From positions 12,733 to 76,732 of the forward strand of contig JALWPK010000042.1 of the NCBI GenBank assembly GCA_026995045.1: a stretch of DNA of 64,000 bases, given 5' to 3'. Under the pieces are notes generated by a model. That model made no database searches, was not told the origin of the DNA, and saw only the letters and a program-made list of their open reading frames with translations. This stretch comes from Gammaproteobacteria bacterium. Its GTDB lineage: Bacteria > Pseudomonadota > Gammaproteobacteria > SZUA-229. Positions 8,634-18,062 of this stretch are shown here, piece by piece. A program made the translations under genes and the position numbers. Position 1 is the stretch's first letter. Each line of letters begins with the position of its first letter.

Positions 8634-10490
8634 ATGCCTACTAATTGCGGACTTTCGAGTTCAGAATCCAACCGTGTAAGGGTCAGATACCAAGTTGAAG
8701 ACCCGACATGCTATGGTAAGTTGCGCACTGTCGGCACGACTTACACTAACGAAGTACGTTCAAACGGCCTCGATTTCAAGGTTGACAAGAACACAAAAGT
8801 GTCCGAAGAAATCAGGGCAGACCGTATGATATCAGGCACCTTTGCACTTGGTGCGTCGTCTACAAGTGCTGTGGACTTCGAGTTTGCGCGCGGTACAATT
8901 GATGACTTCATCGCGGCGTATGTAGGCAAAGAGAATTGGTCAAAGCCAATGACCATGCACCTTACACGCGGAACAGCGCTGGCCGTCACAGCAAACAACA
9001 CAATCACTGTTCAGACCAAAGACTTGACGAATGTTATCGCCGCCAATGATCATATCAAGCTTGAAGGCTGGGCGACACCGGGCAACAACAGCTACTTTAC
9101 AGTTGCGTCAATAGCGTTTGCTGCGGGTGTTACGACAATCACCACAGTCGAGACTACGCTGACTGTTGAAGCTGGCTCGGCTACGTCTGCTTTGATGGAT
9201 GCCAACGATGTTATCGTCAGCGGTACAACTCTTCAGACTAATGCAACGGGCTTTAACGCAGGTGGCGCGACTGTGTTCGCCGCTCCCAGAGCCGCTGGTC
9301 TACTGGAGCCGGGGCGGGTTATTTACGCGCAGGGCCTAGGGCTTGAGGAAGGTACTTTGACTTTCGCAGGTTTGCCAACCAACGCTGAGACATTCGTTGT
9401 GGCTGACGGGACTGGCAACAGCGTGACTTTTGAGTACGTCACAACCGCTGGAACAGGTCTCCCAAACACGCGCGAAATCGTCATTGGCGCAACAGCTAAC
9501 GCGACTGGCACCGCGACTGAAGCGGCAATTATGAAGGCACTCAACGACGGCGCGCTAAAGTGTAGTGCATCCTTCAATCCGACGGGCAGTGTGTTGACTG
9601 TTCGGAACCTAAACCGTCTCGGAGGCGGTTCTTTGACGGGGACAGTAACCAACGTGACCATTGCAGCGTTTGCTGGTGGTGACGCGACTGTCAACGGATA
9701 TTTCACAATTCTCAGCGCCACTGACACGCAGTTGAATGTATCACCTGCGCCGACGACTAATACAAACGCCGCCGCAAAGCTGGTTGTACTGAAAGGCAGT
9801 CATGTCGCACCGCCGAGTGACCCTACGCAAATCGAGAAGATTGCATTCCAGTTAGAACGTGAACACACCGATATCAATGAGGTGTTCCTGTTCAAGGGTC
9901 AGCGCGTTGAGTCAATCGAGATGGACTTCAGTGCGAATGACCTTGTTAGTGGTAAAGTGTCATTCATGGGCTCTGAGGTGACTAACGGTACGCAGACTGT
10001 GCTGGGCGCCGCGCCTCATGTTCAGCGCGCCGCGCTGACATCGCCAGTCTATAACTCAACGGCGAATTTGAAGGACATCACACGTAATGGCGCACCCATG
10101 CCAGCCGCAGTGATGTCACTGAAGCTGAACATGGCAACGAACTTACGTAAGCAGAGCAAGCTTGGTGCGTACTGGAACGTTGGTGTTGGACAAGGACGGC
10201 TGGATGTAAAGGCAACACTTGACATTTACTTCCAAAATGCTACAATGTATAACGACTTCATCAATAACACAGAGTTCGGCATCGACGTCACTGTAGAGGA
10301 TACGGACTCGTGGGCATACGTAATATCATTGCCCCGTGTTTTTCCCGCAACAGAGAGCCTAAACGGTATCGGCGGCATTGATGAAGATGTGATGGAGACC
10401 ATCGAGACTACGGCAAATATTGACACTAATCTGTCGCAGACAGAGATTGTATTCTCGCGATTCTCCAGCACAACTCCCCCTACAGCGTAG
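8634..10490 (+). CDS. Major tail (tube) protein, unusually large (putative)
   Basis: 618 aa, with GGAG 7 nt upstream of the ATG. It lies immediately before the chaperone pair and tape measure. The Thr/Ala/Gly-rich central part looks like an inserted domain. Confidence 0.5.
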   Translation: MPTNCGLSSSESNRVRVRYQVEDPTCYGKLRTVGTTYTNEVRSNGLDFKVDKNTKVSEEIRADRMISGTFALGASSTSAVDFEFARGTIDDFIAAYVGKENWSKPMTMHLTRGTALAVTANNTITVQTKDLTNVIAANDHIKLEGWATPGNNSYFTVASIAFAAGVTTITTVETTLTVEAGSATSALMDANDVIVSGTTLQTNATGFNAGGATVFAAPRAAGLLEPGRVIYAQGLGLEEGTLTFAGLPTNAETFVVADGTGNSVTFEYVTTAGTGLPNTREIVIGATANATGTATEAAIMKALNDGALKCSASFNPTGSVLTVRNLNRLGGGSLTGTVTNVTIAAFAGGDATVNGYFTILSATDTQLNVSPAPTTNTNAAAKLVVLKGSHVAPPSDPTQIEKIAFQLEREHTDINEVFLFKGQRVESIEMDFSANDLVSGKVSFMGSEVTNGTQTVLGAAPHVQRAALTSPVYNSTANLKDITRNGAPMPAAVMSLKLNMATNLRKQSKLGAYWNVGVGQGRLDVKATLDIYFQNATMYNDFINNTEFGIDVTVEDTDSWAYVISLPRVFPATESLNGIGGIDEDVMETIETTANIDTNLSQTEIVFSRFSSTTPPTA

Positions 10491-10498
10491 AGCTAAGT

Positions 10499-10699
10499 AT
10501 GGAACATCCACACGACACTACAGAGAAGATCATATCCTCAGCCAAAGTACTGGCTGAGGACAGCCAAGCACTGCTTGACGATGCAATAGGTACAATTGTA
10601 AATATTGCACTGAGAGACAGTGTTAATAGACGCTTCCCTATAACAACTATACTACCAAAGGACACCACACATGACGAAGCCGAACGTAAACATCAGTAA
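10499..10699 (+). CDS. Small hypothetical ORF (uncertain)
   Basis: 66-aa ORF between the tail protein and the chaperone. It overlaps the next gene by 29 nt and has no clear SD. Confidence 0.3.
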   Translation: MEHPHDTTEKIISSAKVLAEDSQALLDDAIGTIVNIALRDSVNRRFPITTILPKDTTHDEAERKHQ

Positions 10700-11066
10700 A
10701 TTTTTTCGCAGCGACAGAGATGCTGTTGAGAATGGCAAATGGTTCCCGGTCGCACCGGGCATTGAGTTGAAGATTCGGAAGGCTACTTCTAAAAAGGCCG
10801 CAGACATTCGACGCAAACTCGCAGCAGGTTTTCCTGCCGGTATCCCAGAAGAAATGCAGCATGAGAACGGGCTGAAGAACTTAGCTTACGGCATCATTGT
10901 TGATTGGAAAGGCATCGAAATCGACGGCGAAGAAGCACCGGAGTACGATGCGGATTTGATGCTGGACCTACTCAATGACTTACCTGATTTGGCGGAGTTC
11001 GTTGCCAGTATTTCCATTGACGACAATAACTATAGAGTTGACGACACCGCTACGGCAAAAAACTAA
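10671..11066 (+). CDS. Tail assembly chaperone (G-like, zero-frame product)
   Basis: 131 aa, acidic C-terminus, directly upstream of the tape measure gene. It ends at a slippery heptamer followed by a stop. Confidence 0.6.
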   Translation: MTKPNVNISKFFRSDRDAVENGKWFPVAPGIELKIRKATSKKAADIRRKLAAGFPAGIPEEMQHENGLKNLAYGIIVDWKGIEIDGEEAPEYDADLMLDLLNDLPDLAEFVASISIDDNNYRVDDTATAKN

Positions 11067-11383
11067 CCAAGCACTTTGATTTTCAACTTCGTAATAGGAA
11101 GAAACTCCAGTATAAGGACCGTATAGAACGTCAGACTGGTAAGAAGATCGAAGTGCCTGAACTGGTTAACGATGAAGCGCGCTTCATCTATCAGTTGTAT
11201 ATATACCTGCACACACAGCGCGGTGATAAGCTGAAGCCCATAAGTATATCAGATATCGCCGCGTTGTTCAACATATACAATGTTGACGAATACGAAAGAT
11301 GTATATACATGGACTTCATCATCAAGCTGGATGAGATATGGCTAAAGTTCGCCGCTGAAGAAGCCCGCAAGAATTCGAAATAA
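10671..11383 (+). CDS. Tail assembly chaperone frameshift fusion (G-T-like; slip at 11057-11063)
   Basis: ORF 11153..11383 is in the -1 frame relative to 10671..11066. That frame is open back to the slippery site, and the ORF has only a GTG start and no SD of its own. This arrangement upstream of a tape measure gene is the conserved long-tailed phage pattern. Confidence 0.5.
11057..11063 (+). promoter_or_regulatory. -1 programmed ribosomal frameshift slippery site A_AAA_AAC
   Basis: The zero frame reads gca AAA AAC taa. The -1 frame from 11057 is open (KK LTKHFDFQLRNRKKLQYKDRIERQTGKKIEVPELVND...) and runs into track ORF 11153..11383 with no stop. Confidence 0.6.
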
Positions 11384-11386
11384 GCC

Positions 11387-14300
11387 ATGGCAATCCAACA
11401 ACTCAATATACAAGTCGAGACACGCGCAGCGCGGCTGGCAATCTCTGCGTTGGAGGCCCGCCTTGCGCGCCTACGCACTGCCTTCGCCGCTCTTAATTCA
11501 GTCGGAGGCATTACACAGCTTGACAGACTGAATCAAGCATTCAACGCGAATGTGAGCGCTACAGAGCGCGCCACACGTGCAACTGCAACATATGTAAGAG
11601 CATCAACAGGTCTAAACCGGAGCCTCGCCAGAATGGGTGCAAGGGCACGGGCAAGTCACGCCGCAACAGAACGTATGCGCGAGCAGATGGCGCGCACAGC
11701 ACGTGGTATGGATGAGGCAACCGTTTCGTCAACACGCTTAGGCGCAGCAATGACCCTGATAGGCGGCAGGGGCCTCGATACTTTCACAAGGATAGCCACA
11801 AATCTGCGTGGGTATGTAGCCGCTTCGCGTGAGTCAGGGAGCGCCACAAGACGTTTAGCGGGCGCTGTACTGGGCCTAGTGGGCGCATTCGCTGGTTTTG
11901 CATTGTTTCGAATAGTTGCCGCTATAAAACATTTCGTACAAACGTCGTTTGAAGCAATAACTGTTACACAAGGCTTCAAGAATGCGTTAACAGCGATAAC
12001 CGGGTCCACAAAGGAAGCGGACAAGAACCTCGAGTTTGTTAGGCGCACTTCTGAACGTTTGGGTCTAGGCTTCAAGGCCAGCGTAGATGGTTTCCGCAAG
12101 TTCATAGCGTCAGCATCGTTGTCCGGTGTCGCTACGAACAAAGCGCGCTCGGCATACGCCAAGATGTCCGAAGTACTTACTGTGCTCCACGCCAATTCCT
12201 CGCAGACAAGTCGCGTGTTTCTAGCCCTCGAACAGATGTTCTCTAAGGGTAAAGTAGCGACTGAAGAACTGCGAAGGCAGTTGGGCGATGCCATCCCCGG
12301 CGCGTTCAATATTATGGCTGAAAGCATTGGCGTCACGTCTGGTCAGTTAGATCAAATGCTGCGACGCGGTGAGGTCGGTGTCGAGCGCATTATCCCATTC
12401 ATAGACCTGTTGAACGAAAAATTCAAAGGGGGCTTGGCTGAAGCGTTGCGCTCACCAATCGTCGCCTTCACACGCCTAGGCAATGTGCTGGAGCAGTTAC
12501 AAGTAACAGGCGGTCAGAAGTTCTTCGGATCGTTGGCCACGAGCATAGCATTATTTACAGCCGCTATAAAAGGCGACGGCATACAGGCGCTTATAGAGTT
12601 CGGCGCTACGCTTGCTGGGCTCGGCATCGCGGCTGTTGTGTCAGCCGTTACAGCCCTTACCGCCGCTTTGAACATCTTAGCGCAGCCGTTGATTATCGTT
12701 AACAACGGATTGGCTGCTATAGGTTCAACTATATCTACTGCACTTGACTGGTTGAACAAGCTTGTATTCGGCACTGAAGATAGCGCTAGCGCGCTAGAGA
12801 ACATGGACAGTAAAGTGACTACGCTGTCGCGTGTATTCGACGCGTTTATTGCTGGCGTACAAGCGTTTATAACATTGCCATTACTAGGCAAGTTATTGAG
12901 GTGGACTGGCGCATTGGGCGCGCTTTCAAGCGCAGTCGGTATGGCATCAAAGGCGGTTACAGCGCTAACGCTTACCACCTCATTCATGCAGGCGCAGTTC
13001 TTCGGCGGCGCTATGTTGTCCGCACTGTCAACTAGTATAACAAAGTACGGCCTTATGGCAACGGCTATGACGGTGCTAGGCGGCGCAGTTAATGCGCTAA
13101 AGAATGGATTCATAGCGCTGACTGCGGTTATGCGGGCTAACGCTATTGGACTTATAATATCGTTGGCGGCTGGAGCAGCGGCGGCGTTTGTAGCATACCG
13201 TAAAAGCGCCGATGAGACTAAGAAATCCATGGCTGCGCTGTATCCTGAAATAGCCAAACTCAACATAGGGCTTCGCGCTGGTGCTATAAGCTCTGGGCAG
13301 TACGCCAAACGGTTGCTGAGTTTGCAAAACTTCAGAATACCTAAGCTTGAAATACCTATAGACGGGCTGAGCGAGTCTACGCAGAAGAAATTCGACGCCC
13401 TTACTAACACCATCAAAAATCTGGCATCAGAGTTCGGTGCAAACAAAACGCAAGCTAAGAGTATGGGTCAGGAATACGCGCAGCTTGTCATAATATCCGA
13501 GGGACTTGTCACTGTCAATGATAAGTTGCTGGCTGAGTACGAGAAACAGATCAAGGTCAATGAGCGTATCCAGCGGGCAATTGAAGCGCGTGTGTTTATT
13601 TTGGCGCAAGAAGTCGCTGAGCGCAAAAAGAATGAGCAGTCAGTTGTCGCGCAAACAGCAGAACTCAAGAAGCTGGTAGACTTCAGTAACAAACTACGCG
13701 GAAAAACAGCCATACTACGTGTTCAGGCCGACGGCTTGGCCGACGGAGTAAATGCTATAACCAAGGCTGGTGAGAAGCTCGATGAATTAAGTGCACGCCC
13801 AGCCCTCCGCCTGAAAATAGCTGAAGGCGATGTTGACGGCGTATTACGTGCTTTGAAACTGATAGATGATCTGAGCACTAGCCTTAACGGGACTCACGAA
13901 CCAGCGATTAACGCAGCTAACGCAATAGACGGTTTGGATAAACGTTTGAAGACGTTAAACACAACTAATCCAATTCAGAGCTTTGCAGACTCCTTCGTTG
14001 ACGCGATGAACCGTGTTATTGATGCAATATTCCGGTACAACAGCACGCCGGTTAAAGCGAAGAATATACCCACCAACGCTGGGAATGATATCCCGCAAGC
14101 GCGCAACGGTGGGGTTGTCCCTAGCTTTGCATCTGGTACGCCGAACACCACAAGTCAACTCGCTACATTGGCAACTGGCGGCGATGGCGGTTTCCCTGCA
14201 ATTCTCCATCAGGGCGAGGCGGTTGTACCGTTACCGGATGGCAGGAACATTCCTGTGAAGATTGATTTCCCCGCTGGCGGTGAAGTTCTCAATCAGGCAT

Positions 14301-14458
14301 CAAGTCCTAATGTGAACCGCGAAGCAGGCAACACCAACGTGAACTTGACTGTGAACATACAGGCACAAGATGCTGCGTCATTCAACAGGTCTCAGGATCA
14401 AATATATCTTGACCTACAACGCAGCGTAACACGCGCAGTGCGCACAATCCGCAATTAA
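11387..14458 (+). CDS. Tail tape measure protein
   Basis: 1023 aa, Ala/Leu-rich and helical, with hydrophobic central segments. It contains the motif ...KVATEELRRQLGDAIPGAFNIMAESIGVTSGQLDQMLRRGEV..., typical of the tape-measure core region. It follows the chaperone pair. Confidence 0.9.
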   Translation: MAIQQLNIQVETRAARLAISALEARLARLRTAFAALNSVGGITQLDRLNQAFNANVSATERATRATATYVRASTGLNRSLARMGARARASHAATERMREQMARTARGMDEATVSSTRLGAAMTLIGGRGLDTFTRIATNLRGYVAASRESGSATRRLAGAVLGLVGAFAGFALFRIVAAIKHFVQTSFEAITVTQGFKNALTAITGSTKEADKNLEFVRRTSERLGLGFKASVDGFRKFIASASLSGVATNKARSAYAKMSEVLTVLHANSSQTSRVFLALEQMFSKGKVATEELRRQLGDAIPGAFNIMAESIGVTSGQLDQMLRRGEVGVERIIPFIDLLNEKFKGGLAEALRSPIVAFTRLGNVLEQLQVTGGQKFFGSLATSIALFTAAIKGDGIQALIEFGATLAGLGIAAVVSAVTALTAALNILAQPLIIVNNGLAAIGSTISTALDWLNKLVFGTEDSASALENMDSKVTTLSRVFDAFIAGVQAFITLPLLGKLLRWTGALGALSSAVGMASKAVTALTLTTSFMQAQFFGGAMLSALSTSITKYGLMATAMTVLGGAVNALKNGFIALTAVMRANAIGLIISLAAGAAAAFVAYRKSADETKKSMAALYPEIAKLNIGLRAGAISSGQYAKRLLSLQNFRIPKLEIPIDGLSESTQKKFDALTNTIKNLASEFGANKTQAKSMGQEYAQLVIISEGLVTVNDKLLAEYEKQIKVNERIQRAIEARVFILAQEVAERKKNEQSVVAQTAELKKLVDFSNKLRGKTAILRVQADGLADGVNAITKAGEKLDELSARPALRLKIAEGDVDGVLRALKLIDDLSTSLNGTHEPAINAANAIDGLDKRLKTLNTTNPIQSFADSFVDAMNRVIDAIFRYNSTPVKAKNIPTNAGNDIPQARNGGVVPSFASGTPNTTSQLATLATGGDGGFPAILHQGEAVVPLPDGRNIPVKIDFPAGGEVLNQASSPNVNREAGNTNVNLTVNIQAQDAASFNRSQDQIYLDLQRSVTRAVRTIRN

Positions 14459-14460
14459 TA

Positions 14461-17400
14461 ATGGCAATCAAAACTGCGAAACTGATCAACAAGTTCTTGC
14501 GCAAGCAAGGCGGTGTTGGCCCTGAGTGCTATCCGGGAGCACCCGGTGAGTACACTAAGAAGTGGTGCCTACAGCACGCCAAGCTTCAGTACACAAAGAT
14601 CATGAACGATGTGTTGCACGGCGCAACCGCCAACTTAACTACTGACGGACTTATTCCAACTGAAGGACTGTATGGTAATGAGTTTGAAGAAGCCATCAAC
14701 AATACATCGTATGATCAGACAGCTTATTCAATATCGACTCAGATTGTTTCAAACAGAGCAAACTTCAAGCGCGGATATAATCTGAAATACAGCGAGAACC
14801 TGACGCGCCGCCCCGTCGGCGTACTGAAGGCTGACGACGTATTGAAGATCAGCGAAGAGAAGCTTAACACGGTGAACAAAGTCGCCATTGATCTTGATTA
14901 TTTTTCAGGACTAATAGAGCCGTGTTATTGTAATGAGTATGTCAATGAGGAGATAACCCGCTACCCGTTTGGCGATGCGCAGACACAACCAGATAGCGCT
15001 GATAAAACAGACGACACGGCGCCGCGTAGTGGCGAAGACAACAACACCGTATCTGGTAACGGCGCAGACAACATAAGTCAAGTATCCCGCGCAATCCCTG
15101 ATGTGTATGGCAGATATCGGATAAAGTGCAACCTGATTGAGAGACGCACAGATGGCGATGTGTTCGGCGTATGCTTGGCCAAGGACAATATCCGCCTTTT
15201 ACGTATAATGTTCAATGATGTCACTGTGTTTGAGCGAGGCGCTGTGGTGGAGCCGTCACTTATTGCCGGTGTCACAGTAAACGCAATAGGGTATCGTGAT
15301 CTTTTCACAGTGACGTTGCACGGTATAAACGTGTCTCGCATTGTGACAGAGTACGGTGGTTTGGTCTACGCAGAAGTAGTTGAAGGTGCGGCATCAGGCA
15401 CGTCGGTCGCTCCGGTGTATAAGACAATTGCTGGAGCAAGCATAACAGCAGTCGATGCGTCATCCGGTGCGTTACTTGTAACTGATGCCAATGGTGATGT
15501 CATTGTTGACGACACTATAACCATTACAAGCGCTGATCCGGCAAACGCGCTTGTACGCACAGCGGGTGCAGCACTTGTCGGAGACAGTGTATATATCAAC
15601 GATAAAGTTGTGAACATATTTGCTGCATCTGTTCGGACTGTTTCACCGATAATGACCCCGCCTATAGGCGTGCATCATAACTCCGTCGGTGAGACTGTGT
15701 TGATCACAAATTCACAGGTCTATAATCTACACACAGACAAGGCGTTTGGCCTTCTAGCACCTAATCCCAATGCCGCGTTTTATGCAGGTAACATCGGCGT
15801 GTCATCGGACGGCGCTACACTATACACGGTAGATGAAAAAGCGCTAACACACACCACGACAAACGCGCCAGCGCTGAACTACAATACGTTTGCATACAGC
15901 GGCAACGACATAGTGCTAATTGACGCAGCGAACGGCATCGGGCACGTGTTCAAAGGCACAGAGTTCATGAGGCGCATTCAGTTCGGCGCAGCTATTGTTC
16001 CACACATCAGCGGGCCTAGGTTCAGCAAGGGCGCGATAAACATAGTACGCCTTAGCGACAATCGCATATTGACAACCGACTTACAGACTGGGGATGTGCG
16101 GGATACTGGCGTGTCGGCACCGGTCAGCCTAACGCGATATGTAGATTTCGGTAACACAATCGTAGGTGAGACTACAGGCGGCGACGTTGTGTATGTCAGC
16201 ATACCGGATGCGAACACAGCCACGACGTTTGATAATATGGTGACGGCGGCGTCTGATGGTGTATTCAGTGGGACAGCGGATGTGCTCTATGGACATCTAC
16301 TGTCTGACCCTGAGCGTTCTTATCTTGATTATCTCACCACAGACTTCGCAAACGCTTACAACAGATACACCACAAACTACGGCGGCGCTGGCGTGCTGAG
16401 TACGTCAGACAACGCCAACCAACCAGTGCTTGAGCTGACGCGCGACACTGTTACAAAGCCGATTGTTGTTGCGTCAGACGCAACAGCTATTGTGGAGGCT
16501 GTGACGTTCTCCAACGTCAGAACAGACTATTCCGTGCGTGATATAGACACCGCGCCAGTTAGTGACACAAATCCACTCAGTGACTTCGCGACTACAGCAA
16601 TGGTGTCCGACGACGCGACAGCCGCCGCACTAGCAGCGGCATATGCCAACAGGGGGCGTACTGTTGTCAATATGTCTACAACAACAGCCGCGCCATTTCG
16701 CAATATACAAGTCGGCGCTGGTGGTAACGTAGACAAGTACGTATTCAGCCCAGACGGTACAGCATATGAGCTTGAGAGTGAGAAACTAGGTGTCGATGTA
16801 TCCTACACACTGACAGCGCCGACGCCGACACCGAGCCTCACTACAGACATCAAGACAATTCTCCCCGGAATGGCGACGGGTGCGTTGATCGTCCCGCATG
16901 AAACAATATGCAAATACGACGACAATCTACTCGTTGGTAAAGTCATTACACAGTTACCTACGCAACATGTTTGGCGTCTTCAGCAGCACTATGACACCTT
17001 TATAGAAGTGGACTTCCTGACAGCGCCGACTAGTTTACCGACAACGGTGACGTATGAGCAACTGCTTGCAGATGAAAAGCTCAATACAGCCTGTATTGGC
17101 GGCATTGAGTGGATACAGTTTCAAACAGTCACCGTGGTGAGTCCGACGAGGATTCGCTTAGACGGAATCATGCGCGGGAGGTTCGGAACGACGCCGAGGG
17201 AAACACGCGCGCAAGCAGGTGATGTCATTGTGTTCTACAATTCAATATCGTGTAAGGATGCTGTAAACGTAAACGCACCGACGCTGGAAGTTCCGGCTAT
17301 ACATATTACAGATGTGGTGCACAACTTCGATGCGAGCGTAAACTATTTCCAGATATCTGAAGCAGAGTTGAAGTATTGGATGCGTCTTGTAGCGGCTGGG

Positions 17401-17862
17401 AGGATTATAGATATACGTGATGTTCTGAAAGAGCGATTCTACGCCGACGGCTATAACGTATATACCGATAAGCAGTATGAGCCGACATATTACGATGTAC
17501 CAAATAGAGTTCAGGAAATATCAGCAGCGGCAAATGATGCGTTTCCGGCTGATGCCGATGTTCAGCTTTTTCTTTTGAACAGAGGTACAAAGTTCACAAG
17601 CGGATGGTGGCTCCCTTATAAAAAGTATGACAACACTCATATCTCCTACACATCACTGCACGACACGGGCAATGTCAGGGGTGTCATAAAGTTGAACAAC
17701 CGTGTGCTCGTTGATGAGACTTTCCAGTTTGGCGTGCGCACGCTTGTGGATACTTCATTGCTCGGCGACACGTACACCGATGCGTGGGTGGTGACACCTG
17801 ACTTCAATCCCCTTACGGAGACACTGGACATTGCGATACACCAGTTGCCAAATCGACGATAA
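14461..17862 (+). CDS. Giant tail protein 1 (host-specificity/gpJ- or GTA g15-like C-terminal motif)
   Basis: 1133 aa, starting 3 nt after the tape measure stop. It contains CIGGIEWIQFQTVTVVSPTRIRLDGIMRGRFGTTP, which resembles the conserved motif of lambda J / GTA g15-type proteins. Its last roughly 9 codons and its stop lie inside cassette copy B. Confidence 0.6.
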   Translation: MAIKTAKLINKFLRKQGGVGPECYPGAPGEYTKKWCLQHAKLQYTKIMNDVLHGATANLTTDGLIPTEGLYGNEFEEAINNTSYDQTAYSISTQIVSNRANFKRGYNLKYSENLTRRPVGVLKADDVLKISEEKLNTVNKVAIDLDYFSGLIEPCYCNEYVNEEITRYPFGDAQTQPDSADKTDDTAPRSGEDNNTVSGNGADNISQVSRAIPDVYGRYRIKCNLIERRTDGDVFGVCLAKDNIRLLRIMFNDVTVFERGAVVEPSLIAGVTVNAIGYRDLFTVTLHGINVSRIVTEYGGLVYAEVVEGAASGTSVAPVYKTIAGASITAVDASSGALLVTDANGDVIVDDTITITSADPANALVRTAGAALVGDSVYINDKVVNIFAASVRTVSPIMTPPIGVHHNSVGETVLITNSQVYNLHTDKAFGLLAPNPNAAFYAGNIGVSSDGATLYTVDEKALTHTTTNAPALNYNTFAYSGNDIVLIDAANGIGHVFKGTEFMRRIQFGAAIVPHISGPRFSKGAINIVRLSDNRILTTDLQTGDVRDTGVSAPVSLTRYVDFGNTIVGETTGGDVVYVSIPDANTATTFDNMVTAASDGVFSGTADVLYGHLLSDPERSYLDYLTTDFANAYNRYTTNYGGAGVLSTSDNANQPVLELTRDTVTKPIVVASDATAIVEAVTFSNVRTDYSVRDIDTAPVSDTNPLSDFATTAMVSDDATAAALAAAYANRGRTVVNMSTTTAAPFRNIQVGAGGNVDKYVFSPDGTAYELESEKLGVDVSYTLTAPTPTPSLTTDIKTILPGMATGALIVPHETICKYDDNLLVGKVITQLPTQHVWRLQQHYDTFIEVDFLTAPTSLPTTVTYEQLLADEKLNTACIGGIEWIQFQTVTVVSPTRIRLDGIMRGRFGTTPRETRAQAGDVIVFYNSISCKDAVNVNAPTLEVPAIHITDVVHNFDASVNYFQISEAELKYWMRLVAAGRIIDIRDVLKERFYADGYNVYTDKQYEPTYYDVPNRVQEISAAANDAFPADADVQLFLLNRGTKFTSGWWLPYKKYDNTHISYTSLHDTGNVRGVIKLNNRVLVDETFQFGVRTLVDTSLLGDTYTDAWVVTPDFNPLTETLDIAIHQLPNRR

Positions 17863-17977
17863 GCTGACGCTTGGCCACCGCCAATTCAACTGTAAGAGCT
17901 GTGGAGTTTCTATAGACCGGGACTTAAACGCAGCGTATAATCTAAACAGCTCGCCTAAGGTTCAGAGGAGAGCTTAA
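17834..17977 (+). pseudogene. tnpB: tnpB 3'-terminal remnant (frame broken by a 1-nt deletion relative to copies C/D)
   Basis: Translates as RYTSCQIDDKLTLGHRQFNCKSCGVSIDRDLNAAYNLNSSPKVQRRA*. It retains the second CxxC of the Zn ribbon and the RuvC-III DRDLNAAxN motif. There is no start codon. Confidence 0.75.
17913..17941 (+). promoter_or_regulatory. Candidate sigma70 promoter inside copy B (TAGACC-N17-TATAAT; weakened -35)
   Basis: Positional homolog of the perfect promoters in copies C and D. The -10 is intact; the -35 matches TTGACA at 4 of 6 positions. Confidence 0.4.
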
Positions 17978-18062
17978 GCGCACATAAGAGTCTAAGTCCC
18001 TGCGCTTGCGTAAACTAAGACGTTGACGATGTGAACTTTGTTATAGGATTTTATAGCAAATT

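Larger units (their letters stand above)
17834..18062 (+). repeat. Copy B of the TnpB-3'-end/omega-RNA-like cassette
   Basis: 229 bp that aligns along its full length with copy C and with most of D. It ends at the ATG of 18063. Confidence 0.9.

Noticed and set aside
10219-10246. Near-consensus sigma70 promoters inside coding regions: TTGACA-N16-TACAAT at 10219-10246 (+), TTGACA-N17-TACAAT at 18924-18952 (+), and TTGACA-N17-TATTAT antisense within the tape measure gene at 13518-13490 (-).
   Set aside because: One-mismatch matches of this kind are expected at roughly 0.4 per 64-kb window by chance on my rough estimate. One of the three is antisense inside a gene, which shows that chance hits occur here. 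They are not reported as features. Only TSS mapping could rescue them.
12514-13446. Long antisense ORFs within large genes: 12514..13446 (310 aa) and 11656..12336 in the tape measure gene, 36923..37501 opposite pyrF, 39586..40302 opposite polA, 41309..41893, 44133..44786, 3556..4008 and 6342..6656.
   Set aside because: They are shadow ORFs opposite confidently identified genes. Their composition is low-complexity or Ser/Arg/Ala-rich, and they have no SD or coupling signals.
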